From a bacterium (GTDB taxonomy: Bacteria > Patescibacteriota > Minisyncoccia > UBA6257 > JAGOQP01): a stretch of 64,000 nucleotides of DNA. Position numbers and translations under genes: made by a program. The notes beneath the pieces are model-generated. The model was not told the origin of the DNA, did not search any database, and saw only the letters and a program-made list of their open reading frames with translations. The stretch lies in assembly GCA_021780615.1 (NCBI GenBank), contig JAJXYJ010000022.1:809-64808 (forward strand), read 5' to 3'. Of the stretch, positions 10,240 through 18,887 are shown in pieces; the first letter of the stretch is position 1, and the number at the start of each line of letters is the position of its first letter.

Positions 10240-10339
10240 AATTTTCAATTTCCAGTTTCCAATGATCAATAAATTTTAAAATTGATCAATTATATAATTG
10301 TATAATTTATTGGAAATTGGTCATTGACCATTGAAAATT
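10240..10339. repeat. AT-rich inverted element built from heptamer-like units
   Basis: AATTTTCAA...TTGAAAATT termini; shares AATTTATTGGAAATTGG with 15973-15989. Confidence 0.65.
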
Positions 10340-10344
10340 TTAAC

Positions 10345-12594
10345 TTATTGGAAGTTTATCGTCTTCCACGTTCCTGCTTTGATAAAAGCCTCTATCTGAT
10401 CAATTCCCGCCGCCTTATCAGGCCGGACTTTACGCAGGCCCTCCGCGGCATCCATGGAGTGCACCGCATCGTGTTTATCGTAATAGTAACGCAACAGGAA
10501 ATAATATGCCTGCGCCATAGTGTTATCATTAAGATATGCTCCATTATTTAACGACAAAGCAGTATCCAACTCACTCAAACCTTGTGTGTAGTTTTGTTCC
10601 CCCGAAGTTACCAGAATAAGACCATAGTAGTAATGTGCCGCATATACTTTCGGATCAAATGAAATAGTTTCCTGCATTAACGACAGCGCCGCAGGAATTT
10701 GATTATCCAATGCTAAATCATATGCCAATAGATATCGCGTATCTTGCCGCTTGGGCGATAATGCCATTGCTTTGCGGTATGCATCCTCCGCATTTTTATA
10801 ATATTGCGGAAATCCTCCTTTTTGTGCCAATGCCTCGTACCCTTGTCCCAGGGTAATATAGTAGCGCGGATTCCATGGTTCTCGCGCAACCAAATCAGCC
10901 ATCTCCGCAATGCCCACCTGCATCGCCGGCAACCACTGATTTTGCGGCATCGTACCGGATTGCCCCGTAAGCGTGCTCAAAAAGTGCATGCGAGTAAGTT
11001 CCTGAATGTAGTTATACGGGGTAAACACTCCCGCCCCTTTCGTGTTTGTAATACTTTGCACACCCCCAGGGGATTGAATGGTGTTTAAATAATCTCTCAT
11101 TTGTGCAAACGGCACCCACGTCCAAGCAATTAATGCAACAGCAAAGAATATGGCGAGTGCGCCAATAACAGCATCGTAGACGATATACAATTTTGAATTT
11201 CGATTTACGAATTTTGAATCACTAACAACATTCTGCACCTCTTCTTTTATTTTTGAAATTCGAAATTCAAAATTCGAAATTGATTCAATACTTGAGCAAT
11301 AAATAAGGTATGCCAAAAATGCAAAGAATACCGGGTACGTGACAATAGAATCAAACACCGTCAGATTTTGTACAAAATACGATACGCCAAAAAAGAGGAG
11401 CGCAGCCATAGCCACCGAAAACCCTTTACGCTTGAATATCAACCACACAAATGATCCCCATATGCCCAAATATGCCGCCAACCCCACAACGCCATTCATC
11501 ACCAACACATCCATAAGTTTATCATGGGCTCGATCAAACCAGAGCTGTTCGTATTCAAAATATTTTGGATTGTAGTATGCGTTATACGCCACCGAAAAGT
11601 TTTCTGGGCCCCAGCCGATGAGAAATTCTTTCATACTGTTCTCACTTGGGTTTATGGCATGCAAGCTGACACCCAATGAAATAAGGCGGGTTTCAGTGCT
11701 GGGGTCATGGAACGTGAATGCCGCAATGCGATTAAAGCCCGGAATTTTTTGCCAAAATGTATCATGCTTGGTCGCATAAAATGCCCCTCCCAACACCACC
11801 GCAACTGCAATAGCCCACAAAGAAACTTTCTGCAATGTTGTTTTGCCGATGGAAATACTCTTTCCTTTGATGGCCATATACGCAAGCACTGCCGCAAGCC
11901 CCACAGCCGCGCCAACAATCACCCCGCGCGTTTCACTGATGAATATACCATACACCGATACCGGCACCATGACTGCGGCAAAAATTTTCCAAAACGATCG
12001 CCACCCGTGTGATACAATAACAGAATCTTCTTTTTTAGTATCAAGAAATACTAATACCCCCGCAAGAATGGTAAAAAGAAAAAACTCACCAAGATATATG
12101 GGATTACCGGTCGTTGAAGATGGGCGCACAACGCCGTTTGCAAATTGAATGAACGCGTCCAAAAACATGTATGCTCCAACACCCAACGAAATTTGAAAGA
12201 ATCGCATCCACTCCTTACGCTCAAAAAGCAATGCCGTAAGCACAAAGAACCCAAAGAAAAAGAGCATGTTTAACAGCCCCTCGGCGCGCTCCACGTCGCC
12301 AAAGAATGCACGGTACACGTCTTGGGCAAATATCGTGCTGATGATAAGCAGTCCCATAAATACGGTAGTAAAGAGTCCTACAGGGTTTTTGAGTACGCGC
12401 TTCAATTTGTCGTGCATCTCTTGGCGAAATTTTTTGGCATAAAAAAGGTAGCTGGCGAATAGAATCCAGGCCACCCCCACCGCCACGCGAATGAGAATAT
12501 TTTTGCCGCTGATGTAGGGAAAGAAAAGCGAATCAATGACGATGAGCGGGGATACCGCCAACGCGTAGAGAATATATTTGATAGTGGAACGCAT
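10345..12594 (-). CDS. O-antigen ligase/O-oligosaccharyltransferase-like membrane protein with C-terminal TPR region
   Basis: RPSSTTGNPIYLG, SETRG, GWGPENF, FDRAHD motifs; TPR-like helices at the C-terminus. Confidence 0.85.
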   Translation of the reverse strand: MRSTIKYILYALAVSPLIVIDSLFFPYISGKNILIRVAVGVAWILFASYLFYAKKFRQEMHDKLKRVLKNPVGLFTTVFMGLLIISTIFAQDVYRAFFGDVERAEGLLNMLFFFGFFVLTALLFERKEWMRFFQISLGVGAYMFLDAFIQFANGVVRPSSTTGNPIYLGEFFLFTILAGVLVFLDTKKEDSVIVSHGWRSFWKIFAAVMVPVSVYGIFISETRGVIVGAAVGLAAVLAYMAIKGKSISIGKTTLQKVSLWAIAVAVVLGGAFYATKHDTFWQKIPGFNRIAAFTFHDPSTETRLISLGVSLHAINPSENSMKEFLIGWGPENFSVAYNAYYNPKYFEYEQLWFDRAHDKLMDVLVMNGVVGLAAYLGIWGSFVWLIFKRKGFSVAMAALLFFGVSYFVQNLTVFDSIVTYPVFFAFLAYLIYCSSIESISNFEFRISKIKEEVQNVVSDSKFVNRNSKLYIVYDAVIGALAIFFAVALIAWTWVPFAQMRDYLNTIQSPGGVQSITNTKGAGVFTPYNYIQELTRMHFLSTLTGQSGTMPQNQWLPAMQVGIAEMADLVAREPWNPRYYITLGQGYEALAQKGGFPQYYKNAEDAYRKAMALSPKRQDTRYLLAYDLALDNQIPAALSLMQETISFDPKVYAAHYYYGLILVTSGEQNYTQGLSELDTALSLNNGAYLNDNTMAQAYYFLLRYYYDKHDAVHSMDAAEGLRKVRPDKAAGIDQIEAFIKAGTWKTINFQ

Positions 12595-12754
12595 AATATA
12601 AAGGTATTAAGGAATAAGTAGTATGTATTAAGGAAGAGAAGTAAAATATTCTTCCACCTTTTATATGTACTTATTTCTCATATTAATAAACGATATCAAA
12701 TACTATCAAAGAATGTAAAAAAATACCACTTAAGCCTGTATCAGGCGCCCCCTC

Positions 12755-12958
12755 TGTTATGCTGAGCGACGCATTCCTTTCTGTCATGCTGATCCGCCCA
12801 GGGCGGAGAAGCATCTCCTCCCTATCATAAGACCCCTGCCTGCCGGCAGGCATCTATACTGCCTCATCATGAGATTCTTCACTCCACTTCGTTTCGTTCA
12901 GAATGACAGAAAAAAGAATGACATTCATCATGTCATGCTGAGCCTGTCGAAGCATCTC
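12755..12958. repeat. cluster of (C/T)GTC-tagged REP-like palindromes left of the GIY-YIG gene
   Basis: TGTCATGCTGA...GAAGCATCTC units at 12782 and 12931; GAGATTCTTCACTCCACTTCGTTTCGTTCAGAATGACA ends at 12908. Confidence 0.8.
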
Positions 12959-13250
12959 CTCCCGATAAATCCTCAAAATGAGGATTTTGTTTTTGTATGA
13001 GAATAATTTTTTTATCCCTTTTCCATCCTTTTATTTTCTTTTCAGCGGCAATAGCTTCTTGCGGAGAAGAAAATATTTCATACCACACCAATTTATGCAC
13101 ATTGTATTTTGCCGTAAATCCTGGAACAAGTTTCTGAGTATGCTCATAGAGCCTGCGTTGAAGGTTGTTTGTTACTCCCGTGTATAAGACGGAGTTATAC
13201 TTGTTGGTAAGTATATACACAAAGTATTCTTTGCGCATAGAAATATTCAT
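12933..13250 (-). CDS. GIY-YIG nuclease family protein
   Basis: YFVYIL...LYTGVTNNLQRRLYEH...LVWYE...AIAAEKKIKGWKR. Start is 13250 or 13238. Confidence 0.92.
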   Translation of the reverse strand: MNISMRKEYFVYILTNKYNSVLYTGVTNNLQRRLYEHTQKLVPGFTAKYNVHKLVWYEIFSSPQEAIAAEKKIKGWKRDKKIILIQKQNPHFEDLSGGDASTGSA

Positions 13251-13297
13251 TTTAGTGTAGCAAAGACTTTGCAAAATACATAGAGAGATTATTGCAT

Positions 13298-13652
13298 GAG
13301 ACCCTTCGCTTCACTCAGGGTGACAGAAAAAAAGATGACAAATCTTTTCGTTATACCGAGACCCCTGCCTGCTGGCAGGCATCTATACTGCCTCATCATG
13401 AGATTCTTCACTCCACTTCGTTTCGTTCAGAATGACAACCCTTTCTGTTATGCTGATCCGCCATTACCACATCGTCATGCTGATCCGCCCAAGGCGGAGA
13501 AGCGTCTCATTCCCCATAACATTAATTCTCGGCATTCATAACTCACCCTAACCCTCTCTTAGCTTAAGAGAGGGGGTCTTTGATGTACGAAATTCCTGGG
13601 ATTTCGTACATCATAACGCTTCCCCGTCATGCTGAGCGGAGCGAAGCATCTC
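13298..13652. repeat. cluster of REP-like palindromes right of the GIY-YIG gene
   Basis: 13359-13437 repeats 12830-12908 (79 bp, 1 mismatch); further units at 13298, 13473 and 13625. Confidence 0.8.
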
Positions 13653-13666
13653 ATTCTCCCATTCAT

Positions 13667-13701
13667 AAACTAAAAACCCCCATAAAGGGGGTTTTTAGTT
13701 T
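13667..13701 (-). terminator. intrinsic terminator after the S-layer-like gene
   Basis: AAACTAAAAACCCCC-ataaa-GGGGGTTTTTAGTTT perfect stem. Confidence 0.8.
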
Positions 13702-13739
13702 TACAACACTCCAAAGAGCGTCGTTTCTATTCAACTTAC

Positions 13740-15659
13740 TTATTGAACAGAGACGTACGGGGTCTTGAAGATGTTGCTCATGTAGGAAGAATTCGAGAGA
13801 CCAGTAGATGATGCACTCGTGTTCCACGCTACACCGCTCATGTACATGTAGGTGCTACCCACATTCGCAGCCGTTCCGGGATGCAATGCAGTTGCATTTA
13901 CAGTAAATGTGGCAGTTGAACCCTTCGGGATATCATAGAATCCAGAGACCTGATTGTAACCAGTCGGATCTTGATATGAGACCGAAGAAGAAGCTACTGC
14001 GGCAGTTGTTGCGCCACCCAAGCTAATCTGGAATGCATTAAGGGTCGATGATGCGAGATAGATATCTGCACCATTTGCCGTCACGTTAAACGTGAAGGTT
14101 CCCGTCATGGTTCCTGTTGCACCTGCATACGTTCCCGCAGTGTAGGTTGCATTCGCGCTTGTCAAAGCAAACGTCGGAGCAACTTTCATGACATAGAACG
14201 TGTCAGATGTGCCGGATCCTGAAAGGCTAGAACCGGTGTATGTGGTGCCATCAGACTTGTAGGCAACCAAACCAGGGGTGTTGACTGTTACAACAGTGCT
14301 GCTTGCATTGTTGCCAGCATTTGAGAAATCACCTTTTACCGTGATGACTTTCGTGCTGTTAGCAGGCACCTGGAAGCCATTCATCATGTTGGTGAATGTT
14401 GCATATCCAGTTGAAGCATTGACGCTCGCTGACTGCAACAAGTTGCTGCCATCGTACAAGTACGCGACAGTCGGTGTTGCGGTGCCGGCGAAGTTTACTA
14501 CAGCCTGGTCAACTTTCGCTACATCATTGTCAGTCTTCAAATCGAAGGCGAACAACGGTGCTGCGCTTACATTACCCTGCGTGTCTGAAACAATCGCGCT
14601 TGAAAGCGGAGAGTTCGGGTCGCGGGATACTGAAAGGGTTGCGGTTGTTGACAAGCTCTTCTTTGCGTTAAACGTAGTGTTCCACGTTGCAAGCGGTCCA
14701 TACTGCTGGATGCCTGCGCCATCGGTTCCGCGAACTGCGTTCACAGGAACAGTGATGACCCATCCACCTGTAGGATAGCTTGTTCCACCCACAGCGTATG
14801 CAGAGTCGATAGTGGAGTACAACGCTGCCTTGACGTACAAGACATGGTACTGTCCATCAGCCGGAACCACATAGTTCAAGCCAGTGAGATACACATAGTA
14901 GTTGGATCCCTGCTTGGTGACAGTGCTGCTGTTCAAAGGAACAGTTGCCAATGTCGCGCCGCTGTCAGAAACAACGGAGAGGGATGACAAAATCTTTGTG
15001 TAGGTCAAGATATCATTCGAAGAACCATTACCAAGCTGAAGCTGAATGCGGTCAATGGTGATCGGTGAGTTCTGTGCCTGAAATTCGAATCCTGCGACAT
15101 TGTCGGCAGTGTCTCCTTCATAGAGATTCTGGCCGTTTGCCGGAGTCGGATTCTGCATGACGGTCAAGATACCTTCAACACCGGTGCTGGGCATCGGGGT
15201 TGGGGTTGATGAACCGGTCGGAGTCGTTGACGGGGTCGGAGTCGGGTTTACCGCAACCATTGAGTTGAGGTTCGCGCGAGTGATCGGGCCAAAGAAACCT
15301 GATGCCGGCGAAATGCCGACGGAAGCCTGATACTTCGCCAAAGCTGCTTTAGTCATAGGACCAAAGTAACCTGTCGGAGCAACTGACAAAAATCCTTTGC
15401 CATTAAGGAATGACTGCAATGCGGTCACTTCTGCACCCTTAGAACCAACAGTGAGATTGCTGGAGTAAGTGTATGAAGATGAACCGGTTGTTGAGCCACC
15501 CTGTGAGGACAATTGTGATTGCAAGGTCTGGATCTGGGCCAAGAGGGCTGCGATCTGGGCCTGCAAGTCTGCGGTGGTCTGAGCTTTCGATACTGAAACG
15601 AAAGTGACAGCCATTGCGAGAACTAACACAACTGACGCAATTTTTACGAAATTTTTCAT
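13740..15659 (-). CDS. secreted S-layer-like protein with peptidoglycan-binding domain
   Basis: Signal peptide; LQAQIAALLAQI coiled coil; PG_binding_1-like NLTVGSKGAEVTALQSFL...TGYFGPMTKAALAKYQ; Ser/Thr-rich beta-strand remainder. Confidence 0.8.
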   Translation of the reverse strand: MKNFVKIASVVLVLAMAVTFVSVSKAQTTADLQAQIAALLAQIQTLQSQLSSQGGSTTGSSSYTYSSNLTVGSKGAEVTALQSFLNGKGFLSVAPTGYFGPMTKAALAKYQASVGISPASGFFGPITRANLNSMVAVNPTPTPSTTPTGSSTPTPMPSTGVEGILTVMQNPTPANGQNLYEGDTADNVAGFEFQAQNSPITIDRIQLQLGNGSSNDILTYTKILSSLSVVSDSGATLATVPLNSSTVTKQGSNYYVYLTGLNYVVPADGQYHVLYVKAALYSTIDSAYAVGGTSYPTGGWVITVPVNAVRGTDGAGIQQYGPLATWNTTFNAKKSLSTTATLSVSRDPNSPLSSAIVSDTQGNVSAAPLFAFDLKTDNDVAKVDQAVVNFAGTATPTVAYLYDGSNLLQSASVNASTGYATFTNMMNGFQVPANSTKVITVKGDFSNAGNNASSTVVTVNTPGLVAYKSDGTTYTGSSLSGSGTSDTFYVMKVAPTFALTSANATYTAGTYAGATGTMTGTFTFNVTANGADIYLASSTLNAFQISLGGATTAAVASSSVSYQDPTGYNQVSGFYDIPKGSTATFTVNATALHPGTAANVGSTYMYMSGVAWNTSASSTGLSNSSYMSNIFKTPYVSVQ

Positions 15660-15693
15660 ATCTGAAATAATAATTGTTGTGTGATTTGTAATG

Positions 15694-15879
15694 GAAAATT
15701 CTGATAGCCTATAGCCGCTTCATATAATCGACCCACTGCTTCATCGGTGAGGACGAGTCAGCAAGCTCATAAAAAGCAACAAAGCTCTTATAGTAAAACA
15801 GAATTTTCGACTTCTTTTTAGGAAGTCGGATGTGAAAGCATGGTCACTCCTGCCATGTTCCCACATCCGAATGCCTAAA
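15694..15879 (-). promoter_or_regulatory. putative structured 5' leader RNA
   Basis: Long hairpin 15817-15879 with G-U pairs on the minus strand; perfect 10-bp long-range pairing of 15694-15703 with 15799-15808. Confidence 0.5.
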
Positions 15880-16344
15880 CAATGTATGATTTACAATTTA
15901 CAGTTTACAGTTTTCAATAATCAATTAATTTTAAAATTATAAAATTTTCAATTCCTGCTTGCCGGCAGGGAAAATTTATTGGAAATTGGAAATTGATCAT
16001 TGGTCATTATCCACCCACCCTTAAAACAAAAAACTCACGGTAGATACGTGAGACAAAAAAATACCATGCACAATAAACAACACAATGTGCATATGCGCCA
16101 GAAGGCAGCATATTTTTTCCGTCTCACTCCTGTTACCACGAGGTACAGGAACAGAAAAAACAAATATGAAATTATAATGTACGTTCCACTTTCACCCATT
16201 CGAAATTCGGAACTCAAAATTCACTTTAATTCATCTTATCATACCTCTTATTTTTGTGCAACTCTACAGGACATTGCACAGATAGGTTTACGAGGTTTAT
16301 GAAGGGTGACTGCAAATTACAACGAGGGGTTTAAAGGACTGTTA

Positions 16345-16467
16345 CACCCCTCCGCTTAAGCTATGGGGCACACGCACCCCTCCGCTTAAGCTATGGGGCA
16401 CACGCACCCCTCCGCCAAGGCTACAAGGCACACAGCACCCCTCCGCTTAAGCTAAGAACTGCACACA
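16345..16467. repeat. tandem repeat, about 30-bp unit x4
   Basis: CACCCCTCCGCTTAAGCTATGGGGCACACG twice exactly, plus two degenerate copies. Confidence 0.9.
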
Positions 16468-16569
16468 ATATACCAATTACCAGTTACCGTTTACCAGTTA
16501 CTGTTTACCCCCTTTTCTTTCATTCGAAATTCGGAACTCAAAATTCGAAATTATCTTACTAATTACCCC

Positions 16570-17493
16570 TTATCTCCTCCCCTTCACCCTCAAAAACGAA
16601 TTCGGGCCTCCAGTGCCTACCCGCTCAATTAAACGCTGATCGGCAAGGGTTTTAATATCGTAGCGTAACGTGCGATCGCTGACGCCGGGAAGTACGGCAA
16701 TAATATCATTTATATGGCACATAGCCCGCTTCTCAATAACTGACATAATCAGCTTCTTGCGTTCAGTTGAAGTAAGCTGGCGCGCATCCTGATCTGCCTT
16801 ACTATAAATCTCATGAGAGGTATTGCCGGACTCACCCTCAAACATTGCCGGACTATCTTTTGCCGGACTCTGCTGATGCGACACCGCAGCTGAAGCAGTA
16901 TCATTGCCGGACTCCATATGAACAGCATATAACAATGCGCTGTTGTGTTGAGCAGACGGCATAACAGTATCTTTTATACTTCCGGAAACATTGGTAGCAG
17001 TAGGAGATACATGCGCGTCATCAAAAGCATTGTTGCCAGACTCAAAAGCAACATTGCCGGACTCCTGAGTATCGTTTGCCGGACTATTGCCGGACTTTTC
17101 AGACACATCGCGTAACAGTCTGGCAAAGTCAGAAAAGAGCATAGGAGGCTTTGAAAAAATGCTCTCAATGGTGTTTTCTGTACGCCGATGAAGTTGAGCG
17201 GCGGCGGCATCTTCGGAAACGCGCTGAATTTCTTGCAGTGCCGTACGCAAATTTCCCGTTTCACGGAGAATGACTTTGGTATTAATATCGTTAATTTCAC
17301 CAATGTGAGACCCCAACCGAATAACCTCTTCTAACTCATCCAAAGCAACCGCATCTTTAGCAGAAAGATAAGCAAGCGCCTTTGCCTCCAACACCTTTTT
17401 AAGATCTACACGTCCCACCGCATCGGCCACCCGAAAGACAGCCCATACGACCTCAAATGATCTCTGCTTAAAAAATTCGAGGGAGTAGTTCAT
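16570..17493 (-). CDS. hypothetical protein with C-terminal DeoR-like winged helix and low-complexity repeat linker
   Basis: ERKKLIMSVIEKR...INDIIAVLPGVSDRTLRYDIKTLADQRLIERVG wHTH pattern. Confidence 0.75.
   Translation of the reverse strand: MNYSLEFFKQRSFEVVWAVFRVADAVGRVDLKKVLEAKALAYLSAKDAVALDELEEVIRLGSHIGEINDINTKVILRETGNLRTALQEIQRVSEDAAAAQLHRRTENTIESIFSKPPMLFSDFARLLRDVSEKSGNSPANDTQESGNVAFESGNNAFDDAHVSPTATNVSGSIKDTVMPSAQHNSALLYAVHMESGNDTASAAVSHQQSPAKDSPAMFEGESGNTSHEIYSKADQDARQLTSTERKKLIMSVIEKRAMCHINDIIAVLPGVSDRTLRYDIKTLADQRLIERVGTGGPNSFLRVKGRR
16823..17126. repeat. intragenic array of TTGCCGGACT
   Basis: Exact copies at 16823, 16845, 16860, 16904, 17054, 17076, 17087; 1-mismatch copy at 17033; inverted 1-mismatch copy at 17117. 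Confidence 0.9.
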
Positions 17494-17541
17494 ACAATGG
17501 TTTCACCATATACCCAACCCCCCACCCCGTCAAATAACAAG

Positions 17542-17550
17542 TTATCCACA
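17542..17550 (+). promoter_or_regulatory. consensus DnaA box
   Basis: TTATCCACA; near-matches at 17929-17948. Confidence 0.5.
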
Positions 17551-17796
17551 GGGACATTAAAAAGACAGTACGGAAAAAAACAGTACAAAAAAGGACGGCG
17601 CAAAAAAAGACGGTACAAAAATATTTTACATTTTCTCCCCCTTGCATCTCATTCCATTTATATCTTATTTCCCCTTGCATCTTTTATTTTGTTTCACGCT
17701 CCCCGATTCATACTCCTTGTGTTTCACATTCTATTTTCTACTTCCTACTTTTTTATTTTCTATTTTTTACTCACCGATCCCCACCACTCCCTACTC

Positions 17797-17840
17797 CCTG
17801 CTCCCCTTTCCGTCCCGATCGGGACGGAAAGGGGAGCAGG
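17797..17840. repeat. perfect 44-bp palindrome with no spacer
   Basis: CCTGCTCCCCTTTCCGTCCCGA|TCGGGACGGAAAGGGGAGCAGG. Confidence 0.95.
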
Positions 17841-18344
17841 AAAAACATCAACGCCACCGCAAACCACACCACAAACCATCCGTTAGAAAAAAATTATCAC
17901 GCTACATATATAAAGATGTTTTTGCTTTCGTGGATGAAACTATCCACAAAAACACCTTTTAGAAAAAATAATGGTGATATAATAAAAAAATATAAAAACA
18001 TACCATTGAATATTTGCATTGTATAAAAATTACGATGCTACTCATATTTTAAAAGCATGTCGATAAAACACTCACTATGAACCGGTTATCTCTACCATAC
18101 ACCATATGCGCCGTCGTAGACGCCACGTACTTCTTTAGCGCTTTATTTAAAAAGCACACATATCATCCTGAACCGTGGGATGATTTTTATTATCTATGGA
18201 AAACCTAATTCCTTTTAATGCTCTCATTATCACCACGCTTATGTGCCTGATCATAAGCAAACGCTTCCACATACTATAAATACACATGAACCATCACACC
18301 CACTAATAACCAATTACCATTAAAGAAACCAAATTCAAACATCT

Positions 18345-18887
18345 ATGATGCACTCCGAAGACCAATTATCGCCACCCGCACATACAGCAAGCCGCACACT
18401 CCTCATCTCTATTGCCATATGTGTAGGCATTATCGCCCTCAGTGTTGGCGCTCTATTTATATGGGGAAATTATCTCTCCCCCGAAGCTCAGAGCACCCAC
18501 ACCATGCAAAAGAATTATGAGACGTACCAAGTATGGGAACAGCAACACAATCAAGATCTCACCCTGGATACCTATGGAGGCACCACTCCCGAGGAAACTC
18601 TGCAACTATTCGTGGACGCACTTGATGATGAAGATATTGAACTCGCGAGTAAGTATTTTGTACTCGATCAAAGAGAACAATGGGCTGAAGGACTTAAAAA
18701 TATACAGCGAGAAGAAAAAATAGATGAAATAATAAATACTATAAAAAACGCACAAGCGTCAGAAAGAGATACTGGATCAGAAAACCAAAAGGAATTTGTT
18801 GTAAAAAATAAAAATGGTGAAGTAGATTACGCCATTATATTAACACTTAACAACCAATCAAACATATGGAAAATAGAAAGTATGTAG
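18345..18887 (+). CDS. membrane-anchored hypothetical protein (NTF2-like C-terminal domain suspected)
   Basis: One TM helix; [17 protein letters not shown]...DIELASKYF...WKIESM. Confidence 0.7.
   Translation: MMHSEDQLSPPAHTASRTLLISIAICVGIIALSVGALFIWGNYLSPEAQSTHTMQKNYETYQVWEQQHNQDLTLDTYGGTTPEETLQLFVDALDDEDIELASKYFVLDQREQWAEGLKNIQREEKIDEIINTIKNAQASERDTGSENQKEFVVKNKNGEVDYAIILTLNNQSNIWKIESM

Noticed and set aside
15720-15770. Hammerhead-like CCGATGA core
   Set aside because: No properly placed GAAA or three-stem junction found.
16345-16467. Possible CRISPR array
   Set aside because: Units are directly adjacent with no unique spacers, and there are no cas genes.
17468-17962. Short ORFs in the intergenic region
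   Set aside because: Low-complexity translations of repeats and pyrimidine tracts with no protein-like features.
17500-18340. Chromosomal oriC
   Set aside because: No dnaA/dnaN adjacent, few boxes, and no visible strand-skew switch; kept only as a regulatory candidate.
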